From the human T2T-CHM13v2.0 reference genome, Homo sapiens: 64,000 nucleotides of DNA. The notes under the pieces were generated by a model that did no database searches, was not told the DNA's origin, and saw nothing but the letters and a program-made list of their open reading frames with translations. The translations under genes and the position numbers were made by a program. Below are positions 11,543-26,395 of this stretch, in pieces (position 1 is the stretch's first letter; each line of letters opens with the position of its first letter). The stretch lies in NCBI RefSeq assembly GCF_009914755.1, contig NC_060939.1. One strand, 5' to 3'.

Positions 11543-13589
11543 GGTATGAAGATGCAATTTACAGAAAAGGAAAGTGGAATGGCTAGCAAATTCACTGGAG
11601 ATGGGAATATGCAAATAAAATCTCTGGTGCTTACACCCTAGGTTCCCACCCCAGGTTTTCAACACCAAGCTCATGACCCTGCCACTGTCACCACTCACTC
11701 TGTCCACCCATCTTCAGGCCCATTGGCTGCTGACCACACCACAGTGCTCAGCCTGACCTTTCTACTGTTCCTCTAGGTGCCAGTGCTCACCTGTCTCTTG
11801 AAGAATGGTGCACTCTGCTAGAGCTGTTCCAGTTCCCAGGAGGTAGACACATACAGCCCCTTCTTTCCCAAGTCACATACATACTTCCAGGGTAGCCAGG
11901 CTCAGGCAGGTTCAAGTCAAAGGAAAATCCTGTGGTTAATAAGATGATGGTCCCTTTCAACCCTCAACCCTGTTGCTGAGTCAGTCTCACCACGGCTGAG
12001 TCCTCCTTTCCCCATGGTGGACTCTTTTCCAATTTCTCAAATATCCATTTCCTTTGCCATTAAGTGTCTGTTGGCTTCCCCCCCCATCTTCCTGTATGTC
12101 TGAACCCCCAAGTATAAATACAATTTGAGATCATTTCCAACAGGCTATCCAGCCCCCATAAATGTCAATGAATGCCAAACATAATTCATGATTCTAAATT
12201 TTTTTCTGGGATAGGTAAAAATTGCCAATTTTTTTCATCAAGATAGAAAGCGAAAACAAAGAACTTTCGAAGAACCAAGCTAGGATGACATGTCAGTCAT
12301 GGCATCCTGCTGAGAGGCCTACTGCTTTAACTTGGCCATGGTACGCCTATAGCATGTCTGCCTCAACTCCATTATTCCTCAAGTAAGAAATTCAGGAGTA
12401 AGAATAAAACCAGTCAAGATATACATGCTTCTTTCTCATCTGGCTGTAAACAAAGCCATGCCTTGGGATTAGCAAAAACTGCCATGTCACAGAATCACAG
12501 CTGTCTGATTTAAGTTCCCACCCATAGCAAGAATGCCCTCTAAAATTTTGCAGACCTGGTGACAATGAACTCTATTTAAATCCCTCCAGAAAAAAAAAAG
12601 GGGTGTAAAGTCTAACAATACCAAGCATAGGTATCCCCAGCTCACATCGTGGGACACAGTCAACCACTGTTCTCCATCAATATCTACTGAGTAATTTTTC
12701 ATTCACTAAAATATTTATTAAAAGCTCTATTTGAATGTGGTCTTTGACCCATAAGCTTTATTTTGTGACTTGGAACATTTCTATATTTTTGCATGAAGGT
12801 TACATTTCGAAATCTAACCACCCTCAGAAAATAGCTTTTTGTGAATCTAAAAATTCTCAAGCTTGTTGTTTCAATGACTGGAAATGACATTTCTCTAAAT
12901 GCTTTCTTTAAAAGCATACATAAATCAGCACCACTCACTGGCTACAAAAATACTGATGTAACTAACGGATTAAAAGTTATTTGCAGATCGTAGCATGCTA
13001 AATTTATCCTTAAGATCCACTCATGTCACCAAATATGGGTTTCTCAATAGTACTGAAAAATAAAGTTATTTTTAAATATAATGTAATCCAAATGTGGTCC
13101 CCTTGTCCCTCCTCATTCTTTCCTCTTTTCTATGTCCTCTTTAGCGGTGGCCAGATAATAAAATTTCTTCACATAGCTGCATTAATATTGCATAAAAATT
13201 GGAAAACAAAAGGAAATTTTCCAAACAAATGTAAGCATTTTTGTGTCTTTCTTCCTTTCTTTCATTCTTTCTTTCTGTTATTGTTGTTCATTTGCAAATA
13301 TATTTGTTTATATACATTTTTGTGCCCCCTTATTTACTTTGTAGCAAATCCCCCCATCAACCCCCTCATCTCTGTGCTATGTGCAGCACCTTCCCTCTTG
13401 TCTCTCCATTGTCCTCTTGTGGACAGGGATCACATCTTTGTCCCTCTATAATTCCCTGGAGGGCACAGCAACTGGCACATTGCTGTGTGCTCTCAATACT
13501 ATTCACTGAAATTCCAAGTCATCAACGAGCAAAGAACACACCAAGTCTTTAGAATTGTGACTTACCATGCTATGCCTAGATTGCATAAT

Positions 13590-13735
13590 GAGAGAGATTG
13601 TGTTATTTTTCTCCCTTGATAAGAAAAATATTCAGGTTCAGAAAGCTTTCATAACCTGTCCCAGGTCACAGAGATGACAAGTGGCCCAGCGAGGATTCAA
13701 AGTTCCACTGAATCCAAACCCCAGACTCCTAACCA
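13590..13735 (-). mobile_element. MIR fragment
   Basis: 'aggttcagaaag...aacctgtcccaggtcacagag...ggattcaaa'. Confidence 0.6.
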
Positions 13736-13798
13736 ACCTGTATGACAAATCTCTTTTTGAATACAGAGGACTCTGTCTTTAATGATGCCCCTATTTCA

Positions 13799-14170
<372 letters not shown>

Positions 14171-14344
14171 TCAGTGATCATGCCTGCCCTGGTCTTCTCT
14201 ACTCCAAGCTAGTCACCATCACCTTCCTCACACTTTCCCTCCTATAGCAAGGCCTCCAGTCTTCCCACCAGTATCAATCTCTTCCAGAGGCTTTTAGTCT
14301 GTGCACATATTGCTTCAAATATTGTGCCAACAGTTTGGCAATAT

Positions 14345-14780
14345 TGCCCTTTGACTTGAAAATTAAAAGTCCCTCTTTTCTAAGAAAAGGCTATTTGTTC
14401 TCCAGCCATAGTAACAACTAAGCAGCACAAAGGATTTAAAACCTGACGTGCTACCTTGTCTTCAGTCTCACTGAAATCCATGCTCCTGAATCAGCCAATC
14501 ATAAATGGCACATGATTCTGAAAGTCAGCCAATCAAAGATAGCTATATGCTTCTGCCATCCAATCAGCAATAGCTGCACTCTAATAACCACACCTCCTCA
14601 ATTTAAGGTCAGCCAATCCCTTAATTCTCACTCTTGAAATTCTATTAATCCTTGAATTCCGTGCTTCCTCCAAACTTTGTTCAGAAAGACTGTCTCAAAG
14701 CACAATTTTCTCTTACTTTACAAACAGTAAATCCTGCTTTTTGTTTCAAGTTTTCACTATTGCCTTCTTCCTTTGATATC
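14345..14780 (+). mobile_element. Probable old ERV-type LTR with four CCAAT boxes (family not assigned)
   Basis: Repeated '(cag)ccaatc' at 14495, 14529, 14560 and 14613, then an agtaaa poly(A)-like signal and a T-rich end. Confidence 0.45.
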
Positions 14781-14784
14781 CCTA

Positions 14785-15260
14785 ACAATTGTCTTTTCTA
14801 GGAGTTTATCCTAAGAAAATAACCAAGCATATGTGCAAAGATTTAGCATTAGAGATGACTTCGTTTATGATGGAGAAGCAGCATGTGTCCAACAGTAGCC
14901 TATTAGGTATAAATTTTGATATTTCCATCAAATGGAATAAATGCTAAAATAACCATGAAAAATCAAGTTGTGGCAGATTATTTTATTTTATTGATATGGG
15001 AAAATGTCCAAGACATGTTAGTGGAAAAAGCAGATTGTAATGTAGTATTTATAATATGATTCCAATTTTATGAAGTATTTAAGTATATATGTATAGGAAA
15101 AAAGACTAGAAGGATATATAGGAAGCCATCAATAGTTATTATAGGAGCTAGGATTACAGGCAATTTTCCTTCTTTCAATTTTCAGCATTTTCTTAATTTT
15201 CTGCAATGATACACATATTGCTTCTGTAATTTAAGAGAAAAGAGCATTTTTTAAAAGTAA
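14785..15260 (+). mobile_element. L1ME 3' end
   Basis: 'ttctaggagtttatcctaagaaaataa...tgtgcaaagatt', 'aatatgattccaattttatg'. Confidence 0.75.
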
Positions 15261-15530
15261 TATCCAGAATAGAACACAATCCACTGATGAGTGCAGAGAG
15301 CAAGACCGAGTACAGACAAATGCCTCCTTGATAATGCAGATACCGAATCTGATCATGTATCACATGCAGCTCCGTAATGCTGTAGGCACATATTGAGTTC
15401 AAGGTTAATTACATCCTCCTTGTTCTTTCCTCTTGTATACTCCCAGTCATGACCTCTCAAGTGCAATTTGTTAAAATTGAACTCATTTTCCTCTGGTTCC
15501 CTGCCTGCTCTGTCTACATATCCCCTCCCA

Positions 15531-15533
15531 ACA

Positions 15534-15578
<45 letters not shown>
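15531..15578. repeat. (CA)n microsatellite
   Basis: Directly visible. Confidence 0.98.
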
Positions 15579-15580
<2 letters not shown>

Positions 15581-15750
15581 TTCACCAAAGCAAGCTCTCC
15601 ACAATCCTAAGTCCTCCCAGGCCTTCAGGCTCTTCTTCCCTTTGCATCCTGTCCCTTAACAAGCCCTCCAGATATTCTTCCAGAATGCCCTGTGCATTCG
15701 CCCCCTTCTGCCAAAACTCTACTTCAACTTTTCCTACCCGATAAGGTATA

Positions 15751-16083
15751 TCAGACTGGCAACCTGAGAACCAAACATTGCCCCAAACTAGTTTTTCTTG
15801 ACCCACATACTATTGAATTATAGACCAACAATTATGGATTAAGAGGCTTCACATAAAAATACAAAATTCTGGCCTCTTACTAAAATAAAACAAAACAAAA
15901 TGCTATGTTGAAGTTGAGAAGTGACTTCCCCTTTAGACACAGCTAATCCCTTCCAGTTTTCCACAGTCTCCAGCACTCCCTATTGCACCTCTAATACCAA
16001 GAGTTCCAGAGGTCATTTAATGTCAAACTTGCTCAGTTGTTTTTCTTGCACAGTCCCCGTGGGCATTTGAGTGTGTGACCCTG
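15751..16083 (-). mobile_element. MER102-like hAT element
   Basis: Terminus 'gggcatttgagtgtgtgacccctg', the reverse complement of caggggtcacaaactcaaatgcc. Confidence 0.6.
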
Positions 16084-16284
16084 ACCTAGATTCAATGAAT
16101 TTTAGTCGCAAGCAGCCTTCAAAATCCTTTTAGAGTAGAAATATCTTCTATATATTTTTAAAATAGCATTTTATCTTTGTTCTAATTAATTACAAAATGA
16201 TAAATTGCCTAAGAATTGATAAGGTAGAAAATGCATCTCAGCTTTCCCTTTTTATCTCTGAACAAACAAGAAAAGGAAGACTGA

Positions 16285-16505
16285 GGCTGGGCACAGTGGC
16301 TCACACTTGTAATCCCAGCACTTTAGGAGGCCAAGGCAGGAGGATTGCATGAGGTCAGGAATCTGAGACCATGCCTATGGTCCAAGCTACTCAGGAGGCT
16401 GAGGCAGGAGGATCATTGAGCCCAGGAGATTAAGGCTGCAGTGAGCCATCATGCCACTGCTCTCTAGCCTGGGTGACAGAGCAAGACCTTGTCACAAAGA
16501 GAAAA
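16285..16505 (+). mobile_element. AluJ with internal deletion of the linker region
   Basis: 'gagacc' joins directly to 'atgcctatggtccaagctac'; TSD aagaaaaggaagact on both sides. Confidence 0.92.
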
Positions 16506-16744
16506 AGAAAAGGAAGACTAAGTTGACCACATAATACAATATTTTGTTTCTTAAGTTGCACTAGCTGAAATGGTCTTTTATTTTTAAAAACCATACATTT
16601 CAGCTTTCATCTACATGTTGTTATTAAGAAAGAATCATGAGCTTTTTATGGAAGAAAATAAAAGACACGTGATGCTTTCATTGAAGAAGTTCACATGTCT
16701 TATTTTTGGCTGGTGTCCTAAAAAGGAAATTGTGGTAAAAAAAG

Positions 16745-16760
16745 AGATAGATAGATAGAT

Positions 16761-16805
<45 letters not shown>
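16745..16805. repeat. (GATA)n tetranucleotide STR
   Basis: Directly visible, one GAT interruption. Confidence 0.98.
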
Positions 16806-16806
<1 letters not shown>

Positions 16807-17746
16807 GAACTTACAGGTAAACCCCTATTTCTTACCTCTTGGCAACTGCCTTAGCAGACACTTATGGAGAAAGAAGATATTCTTTAGTTTTTTGATGCAG
16901 ATGCAAAAATGAAGGTGAAAAACTATCAAAACAAATCACTGCTTAACATTCCCAGGTATTTCACTTCTAATATGAGGTTACAGGAAAAAAAAAATCCCTG
17001 GTATATCTTCCGAATGTGAAGCCTATCTGCCTTTTACACTGTAGGGTGGAGAACATCACAATGAGCAAGTATGCCCTTTGAGTAGGGAAAAAAAGATTGA
17101 AACGAGCCCTCCTGAAGAGAGATTTCTGTTGTAGTTCAAGTTACCTTTATCGGCTTTGAATCAATATAACCTTGGAAATCATGGTGTGTTCTAATCAAAT
17201 CAAGGGATGAGCATCTCTTAAATCTAACAATAAAATAATAGAATTATTATAATTCTGTGACCTCGACAATGGGTTGGCCCAGAAGAGAGCAAATGACCCA
17301 GCAGAGACAACTGTGTGGACTTGTGCCCCAAAGGGCAGGCAGCAAGACAGAATACGATGCTGCTGCGTGCAGCCCTGTGAACTCCTCCTCCCACAGGGAA
17401 CTGATGTAACTGGAAGGTGCCAAATCCTCCTTAGACCACCCCTGCTCTCTACCAGTCCCCACCTTGAAATAAGTCTAAATAGCACCCCTCCGCCCCCACC
17501 CCCCAAAAAATCCCAACTACAAAAGCATTGAAGAGTAATTATAAATTTACTACAGGTCCCTAAGGGAAGTAGAAGGAAGTCACATCATATCCCACCCAAC
17601 ATAACATTCTCAAGTCCCTCTTAATCATGTCTGTTTTCTCTCTCCAGCCCCTTTTTAGAGCTGCCTAGCCTCTTCTCTCATCTCCCTCCCATCACCCTGG
17701 CTTCCTCCCACCTCTCAGATCTTTTTTTTTTCTGAATCCTACTACA

Positions 17747-17920
17747 CCAGCTGTTCTCAACACTGGCTGCATCTCATGATCCCCTGGGGAGCTTACAAAG
17801 TAAACCAGTGCAGAGTCTCACCCTCAGAGACACTGATTCAACTATCCTGGGGTAGGATCTGGGCCTATTATTGTTTCCAAGCTACCCAGGACTTCTAAGG
17901 TGCCACCAGAACCACAGTTC
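17747..17920. mobile_element. MER5-type hAT MITE
   Basis: 'cagctgttctcaacactggctgcatc...ccctggggagctt...ccctcagagacactgattcaact'. Confidence 0.7.
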
Positions 17921-18349
17921 TCCAAATTTCCTTGTGTAGAACATCTTAATTTCTCTGACATGCATCCTTACTCTTCACCCAACCCTCTAAAGAAGGCCGT
18001 GATTGTCTTCTTCTGTCACATTGATAAGTTGGCATGTAGTTGACAAGTTAGTCTCTTGTAAAGTTTAAAGCATAGGAATTCATTTCATCAGAGCTGTAAT
18101 TTAAAAAAAATTCTTTTCTTTCTGCACAATAAGTTTAACACAGGAAACAATTATGAATGCATGCTAAGGTTTCATTACAAGGATGTTCACAGTTCATAAA
18201 AGTAAAAATCTGTAATCTAGCAATAGATTCGGTTAAATAAATCTATAGCTAATAAATAATTTGTTAAATAATTTGTAGCACATTTTTATGGTAGAATAAT
18301 ATGCATCATTATAATAACCATATCTTAAAATAAAACTATCATAATAATT

Positions 18350-19225
18350 TCCCTTTTTAGTATTAATAAACAACCTCAAACTGAGAGGAAAGTTGAATCA
18401 TATATATATGAATACCAATATATCCTTCCCCTAGATTCACTTATTGTTAACATTTGCTACGTGCTTGCTTGCTCCCCTCTCATTGATATTTGAATGTATG
18501 TTCTGTTGTTGCTGGGTTTTGTTTTGTTTTCGCAGAATCATTTGAAAGTAAACTGCAGACACTGTGTTACTTCACCTCTAAGCACTGCAAACATCTCATT
18601 TCCTAAGAATGAACACCTTAGCCTACATGAACTGTATTACCATACCACACCCCAGACATCAATATTGATGTAATAATATAATCTAATATGAAGTCCATAT
18701 TCAACTTCCTCCAGTTATCCCCAAAATGTTTATGTAGCTTTTTCCTTTTTAAAACAAGAAATCCAGCGTCCATTCAAGGATGATGTATTGCATTTGGTTG
18801 TCATGTCTATTTAGTCACGTTAATCTAGAGTAGTCCCCAGTCTTTTTTTTTTTTGAGTTCAGGCTCATTTTGCCAAAAGTCTCACAATCTGGGTATCTGA
18901 TTGTTTCTTTATAACTATGTTTGGGCTAAACGTTTTTAGCAAAAAGACCACCTAGACAATGTTTGTTCTTTCTCTTGTATTACATGAAGACATTCATAAT
19001 GTCAAGTTGTTCCATTATTCATGATGATATATTGGATCCCTCACATAAAGTGACTTTTTCCAGACCTCTCCAATGTAAAGCACTTTTAACTCGTTGAAAT
19101 TCACAACTTAGCTGTAGGATGACACTTTGAAATGGTGTGAATATCTTTTCCCCAACAACTTTCCCCCAGTGCATCCATTGATGATCCTTTCCTGAATCAA
19201 TTATTACAACGATGGTTGCAAAACA
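18350..19225 (-). mobile_element. L1MC-type 3' region
   Basis: 'catttgaaagtaaactgcagaca', 'ttgcatttggttgtcatgtct', 'catccattgatgatccttt...aatcaattattac'. Confidence 0.8.
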
Positions 19226-19289
19226 GCTTATAACATAATATTAAATGAAAAAAACTAGGGCACAAAGCTACAGACCATACAGTCTCAAC

Positions 19290-19481
19290 CATTGGTGTTT
19301 GGAGCTGATTCTTACTGGCCCTCAAAAGCCAATTGCTAATTCTTGAGAAATTTTGAAAGTCAGTTGTTAAACTGTTGGTTGCCTGAAATTCACCATGGTG
19401 AGAGTATGTACAACACAGATCCCAGCAAGTGCTATAAACCAGGGACTTTTTAAAAAGAGCTGATTTAACAGCACACTACTG
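19290..19481. mobile_element. MER63-like hAT-Blackjack element
   Basis: Termini 'cattggtgtttggagctg' and 'cagcacactactg'. Confidence 0.6.
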
Positions 19482-19513
19482 ATATATATAAAATGTATAT
19501 ACACATATGTGCT

Positions 19514-20247
<734 letters not shown>

Positions 20248-20370
20248 TGCTTTAAACATAAAGGAACTCTAAGAAAATATAAGAAAGTGATGATCTGTGT
20301 GAGACTATGGATGATTTCTACTTTTCGGCTTTGTCCTTTCCTGTATTTTTCAAGATTCTCATAATGAACA

Positions 20371-20917
20371 TGTATTAGTCAAGGTTCTCTAGAGAGACAG
20401 GGCTAATAGGATAGATGTATATATGAAAGGGGGTTTATTGAGTATTGACTCGCATTATTACAAGGTGAAGTCCCACAATAGGCCATCTGCAAGCTGAGGA
20501 GCAAGGAAGCCAGTCCGAGTCCCAAAACCTCAAAAGTAGGGAAGCTGACAGTGCAGCCTTCAGTCTGTGGCGGAAGGCCCAAGGGCTCCGGGCAAACCAC
20601 TGGTATAGGTCAAAGAGTCCAAAAGCCGAAGAGCTTGGAGTCTAATGTTTGAGGGCAGAAAGCATCCAGCACAGGAGAAAGATGAAGGCTGGAAGACTCA
20701 GCCAGTCTAGTCTTTCCATGGTCCTCTGCCTGCTTTTATCCTAGCCTTGCTAGCAGCTGATTAAATGATGCCCAACCAGATTGAGGGTGGGTCTGCCTCT
20801 CCCAGTCCACTGACTCAAATGTTAATCTCCTTTGGCAACACCCTCACAGACACACCCAGAAACAATACTTTGCATCCTTCAATCCAACCACGTTGACACT
20901 CAATATTAACCATCACA
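20371..20917 (-). mobile_element. MLT2A-type ERVL solo LTR
   Basis: 'tgtattagtcaaggttctctagag'...'ttgacactcaatattaaccatcaca'. Confidence 0.92.
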
Positions 20918-22552
20918 GGGCATCTGTTACTTCTGTGTTTTTAACGCCTTTTTTAATGAGTGCCAATACCTACACCCACAACGAGCCCCCAGTTATAACC
21001 AGCATCACTCTCTCTATAGTGACACCTTAGACTCAGAAGTTCGGGGGACTTCAAGGTTACCCTTGAGGAAATGCTTGAACCTACTACCATGCTGTAATTT
21101 CATAGCCCCAAACTCTAAACAAGAAACTGAAATACAATTTGGAGGTCAGTCTAATGGAGAGAGAGGCAGTTGCAGCTTGAAGTTCTCTTTGAGAGTGCTG
21201 GCCTTGTGGGCCTGAGGGGACCAAGAAGAGGTATTCAAAAATAGCACATAGATCTTTAGAAACAAGGAGCCAGGGCCCACTTCCAAAGAGACTAACTAGA
21301 AACCTTCTGGATAGGATCCATCCCTCGTTTCGTGGTCACCAGTTAAGAGACACTGATATTGAAGCACGCAATTGGGCAGGAACACTCTGGAAGGCAGAGT
21401 TGTGCAGAGGCCCCCAAAGCGTGATCTTTGTTTGGTTACAGCCATCAATTGCTCTTCCAACAAAGGCAGAAACTGTGGATTTAGTGATTTGGGTGTCCCA
21501 GATATATGTCCTCAAGGCTGTTATAACAGGCTCCAGCTGTCCTGGTATATATTGATTGCTACAGTCTCAAATGCATGGCAGAGACAAACTATCGGAGGGA
21601 GGGTTCAAACCATTCTGCTTCTTATTTAGGTCCATTTAAATGCCAGACACTTTGGCATACATTATCACATTCTGATCCTCACTACACTTTGAAGTCAGCA
21701 GGTCAGGTTGCATTATGCATTTTCAAAAAGGAAATGATTTAATGCTTAGAGAAGTTGAGTGAGTTGCCCCAGGGTCCACGGTCACTGTGTTCTGCTGAGA
21801 CTGGCATAGGCTCTGAGAGAGTGAGGAACATTACTAGGCCTTGGAGTTTCTTCACACCTAGTTTGTCAGAAGAAGGAAGCACCAAGAGATTCAGAAGAAA
21901 TGGCATACCCAAGAAGAGGGCATGCCTTTGCTGATGTGTTCTGGAGAACCAGCGTGGCCAGTAGAAGGCAGAACCATAACTGGGAGTTAGTACCATGTGC
22001 CGATTTTATGGATGAAGGACCCTGAAGCTTAGACCATGTGATCTTTAGAAAGAGATCACCTGGTTCTAGATCCAGTTCTGCTGACCACCAGGGTAATGCT
22101 GGGCATGCTCCTCCCCTTCCCCCATGGGAGACTCAGATTCTCCAAAACAGAAAGAAGTGAGGAGATCACCTCCAAGGCATAGTCCAGCTCTAGGATACGG
22201 ATGCTTTCTGTTCATCTTCATTCTATTCGGTATTCTACGGTTAATGCATTTGGCTAGCAAACCAATTTGATTTCTTATTATAAATACTTCATCTTCTTTC
22301 ATATAAATGCTGGTAAATATGAAGTTATATGTCCCCAGAGGGACCTTGTTTTCCATGCCAAACCACAATGCCTGTTACGACCAAAAAAAGTGGCAGCTTT
22401 AATCTCCTGCTGACCGCCATTAGAGATTAATGCAGAGTGCAGAGCAGGCAATACTCCAGACAGTGTCAGGACATCGTCCCAAACCTTGACCAAGCTTTTA
22501 ATCATGTTCCTGAGTAGATTTCCAAGGTTTTATCTGAGCCCAAAGACCTCAC

Positions 22553-23085
<533 letters not shown>

Positions 23086-23379
23086 CTGGTTTATCCAATG
23101 CATGCTGGAGCTATTTGTCCTCGATAAGATCAAGGAATTTTTGGGCATCTACTATGGGATGAACATATCACCACTGTGCTGAGATGATTATTTTGAAATG
23201 TTAACTTGGGTTTTGTTGTGTATCCTGTGGCCCTTTCTGCATTCCAGCAGATCTGGCATGTGGCATCTTTTGCCTCAGAGGAGGGGTAATGAGGCAGAAT
23301 GACAGAAAAAAAAAATGAGACTTCTCCTGGCTTCTGAGTTGAAGCCCTAGAGGTAATGAGAAGACTTTAGCAAAGGTTT

Positions 23380-23970
23380 GCAAAGAATGTGCAGTGAAAG
23401 AACAGGCTTGGAGCCCAGAGGCCAGACAAGAGGCCCCTGATTATGGGTAAGAGACCCGGAGAGTGGAGATGCTGGTGTGTCCAGGGGAAGTGGAGCCTCT
23501 TTCTGTCCCCACCTCTGGTCAGGATGGAGGTAATGAAAAGGTTCATAAAATCTGAGATCTGAGAGTAATGAGGAGATGGCAACAAGCCCAGGTAGAGATG
23601 TCTGAGTGGGGTATCCAGGCAGAAGACAGGCCTAAGCACCTTCACTAAGCTCCCATGTCCCAGCAGAGCAGGGAGGCACCCGTGTGTGCAAGGGTGGCCC
23701 TGGAGGACAAGGAGAGTTATCCAACCTGAAGGACCCTCTCCTATGGAGACAAGAATGGTATAGGAGTAACCCACAGCCCCAGCCCCAACCCCTTGGCACA
23801 ACTCTAGGAGAAAGAAGGAGGAACGATGGGTTGACTGAGATATTAATATTTCCCACCGTGCAATGGAAACAGGACTTGGAGCAGAGGTAAGTCACCATAA
23901 GATAAAGTAACATTTTTTTTGTACACTGGATTTTGTGAACTGAAATTTGTACTAATTATTTTGAACAACA
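23380..23970 (+). mobile_element. Possible ancient LTR (Gypsy/ERVL type)
   Basis: Purine-rich body ending 'ataaagtaacatttttttgtacactggattttgtgaactgaaatt', similar to old LTR U5 ends; family not assigned. Confidence 0.3.
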
Positions 23971-24029
23971 GGATTTTGAAAGCATGAAATATGATCCTGT
24001 TTTTAAGTAACTCTCAACCCAAGCAGGAG

Positions 24030-24267
24030 ATAACTGTGCTATAATGGACAGAACCCAGGATGCATAAGGTCACGACGTCTGGTCTCAAGTTCAGCTCCCC
24101 CACTTACCAGCTGAGAGACTTTGCCCAGGTCTCTCAAATGGTCTAAGCTTCAGGGTCCTTCATCTGTAGAATGCACATGGCACTAACTCACTGGTTGTAG
24201 GGTGTATTAAATGAAAGGCATATAAAGGAATTGTATGAGACTTTAGCATGCTATAAAACTGAAAGAA

Positions 24268-24290
<23 letters not shown>
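24030..24290 (+). mobile_element. MIR
   Basis: 'ccacttaccagctgagagactttgcccaggtc...ttcatctgtagaatg'. Confidence 0.7.
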
Positions 24291-24298
<8 letters not shown>

Positions 24299-25014
24299 CC
24301 AAGACACATCAAACAATTGGGGAACTCAAGATAGAAATCACTTGGTACTGCATAGTGCATGCAAGAGGTCCAGAAAGGACTAGAATATATCACAGATATA
24401 AAGTGGGAATTCAAATGCCCTCCCTTCCAAATGATCATGATTGTCTTTCCTTGTGGTGAAAAAGTTGCAACAGGTTTTTTAAGTCCTAACCACGGGACTC
24501 AGCACACTTCTCACTTAGCTGGCCCTAGCTTGCTCCTCCATGTTCTCCACCCAAACCAATTCATTACTGCCCATGGGCCTCACCTAGTGTAGGTCCCTCA
24601 GCCAACCTCATGCCTCCCTGCATTCATCCACGTCCAGGTGCCCACCACCACCATGCCAAGACCTCCAGGGCCCATGTTCTGCAGGAGACAGAGCCCACTT
24701 GGGAGAATGTCTGTGACAAGAAGCACAGCACCAGCCCAAGCTCCCACACTCACCATCAGCCATGGAGGATTAGGGATGCCTCAGAGCACATATTTATTTG
24801 CAAACAGCTCTCACTGCCCAAGGTGGAAATCTCCTGAGTGTTGAGCATCAACCACCAGGAAAGAGCCTTTCTTCTGTGTTTTCTCCTAAGACCCTTCACC
24901 AAGGTTGCTGGGGTGAAGGGCCTTAGGAGACAGATCACACTGTCACCCAGAAGCTACTGCTGAATGCAGAGCTGACAGGCCAGCCTGGTCCTTTCGCTGA
25001 AAAAGGTACTGGGT

Positions 25015-25435
25015 CTATCAACAACTATTTATTGAGGACCTATTATGGGCCAAATAGTGATCTAGGCACTAGGCATACAGTGGTGGACAAAACAGACAAG
25101 TATTTCTGCCCTCATGGAGCTTACATTCTACTGTGTATAGCAGGAGAAGGAAGAGGAAGACCAATAGTTCACAAAACGAGTAAGTAAAATATGTAGCATG
25201 TCAAGTGTCAGTAGTGCAATGGAGGAAAATAGAGGAAAGGAGAGGAAATGCCAGCTTGTGGAAAGGGCTGCAGTTTTACATGAGGAGGTCAGAGAAGGCC
25301 CCACTGAGAAGGTAACAGATGAGCAAGGACTTCTGGAGAGTGAAAGAGTGAGGCATGCATGTATTCAGTGGAAGGGGGATCCAAGAAGCAGATCTAGCAG
25401 GTGCAGAGGTTCTGAAGTGAGAGCATGGCTAGGAA
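25015..25435 (-). mobile_element. L2 3' end
   Basis: 'tcaacaactatttattgaggacctattatgggcca...ctgccctcatggagcttacattcta'. Confidence 0.85.
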
Positions 25436-26086
25436 GAAACAGATTTGTATTCGCAGAATCTGGTCCCAGACAGACCTGCTCTTAAACCAGACCGAAGACA
25501 AGAAGTTGTTTTCATTTTTTTAAATTTTTCTTTAGTGACTTGCCTTTACTGTGTTTTCCCCAAAGCAATCAATTTAATTTTCAGAAACAACTGTATTTAC
25601 TTTCTTATTTGTATTTCATTGTATCATATAATGTTTGTTTAAATTATTTCATTACAATAAGTATGACTGGCATAAATAAATTTGGGAAATGACCACAATT
25701 GACTCTTGTTCAACAACAAGAACAACAAGAAAACTCAATAGATGACAGCAGAAGTAGACAGGCGTTCTAGACAGTAGCTGAGAGCATTTCAGATTGCTAG
25801 GACCTCCGTCAATATGTTTTGCAGAGGGAATAAGAAGGTCTATAAATGTAGCCAGTCATTTAAACAGAATAAGAATAAGATGGCTTTCCCAATGGCTTAC
25901 GATTGACCCCAATAGCATGCCTTCAGTTGTGATCCTCAGATACATGGGACTTCTGTGTTTCTCCTTCCTCACTATTACCACAACTGGAGGAGCTCTTTGG
26001 ATTATTTAGTGCACCACTATGTAATGAATTTAATTAAGGCATATCTGTGACATATAGGAGCATTGCTTTGATGCTTGTAACTCTAG

Positions 26087-26395
<309 letters not shown>

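Noticed and set aside
12487-12990. Weak resemblance of minus-strand ORFs to hAT transposase motifs
   Set aside because: Too weak by eye, no TIRs, and part of it (ttcattcactaaaatatttatt) is equally explained as an L2 tail; needs a profile search.
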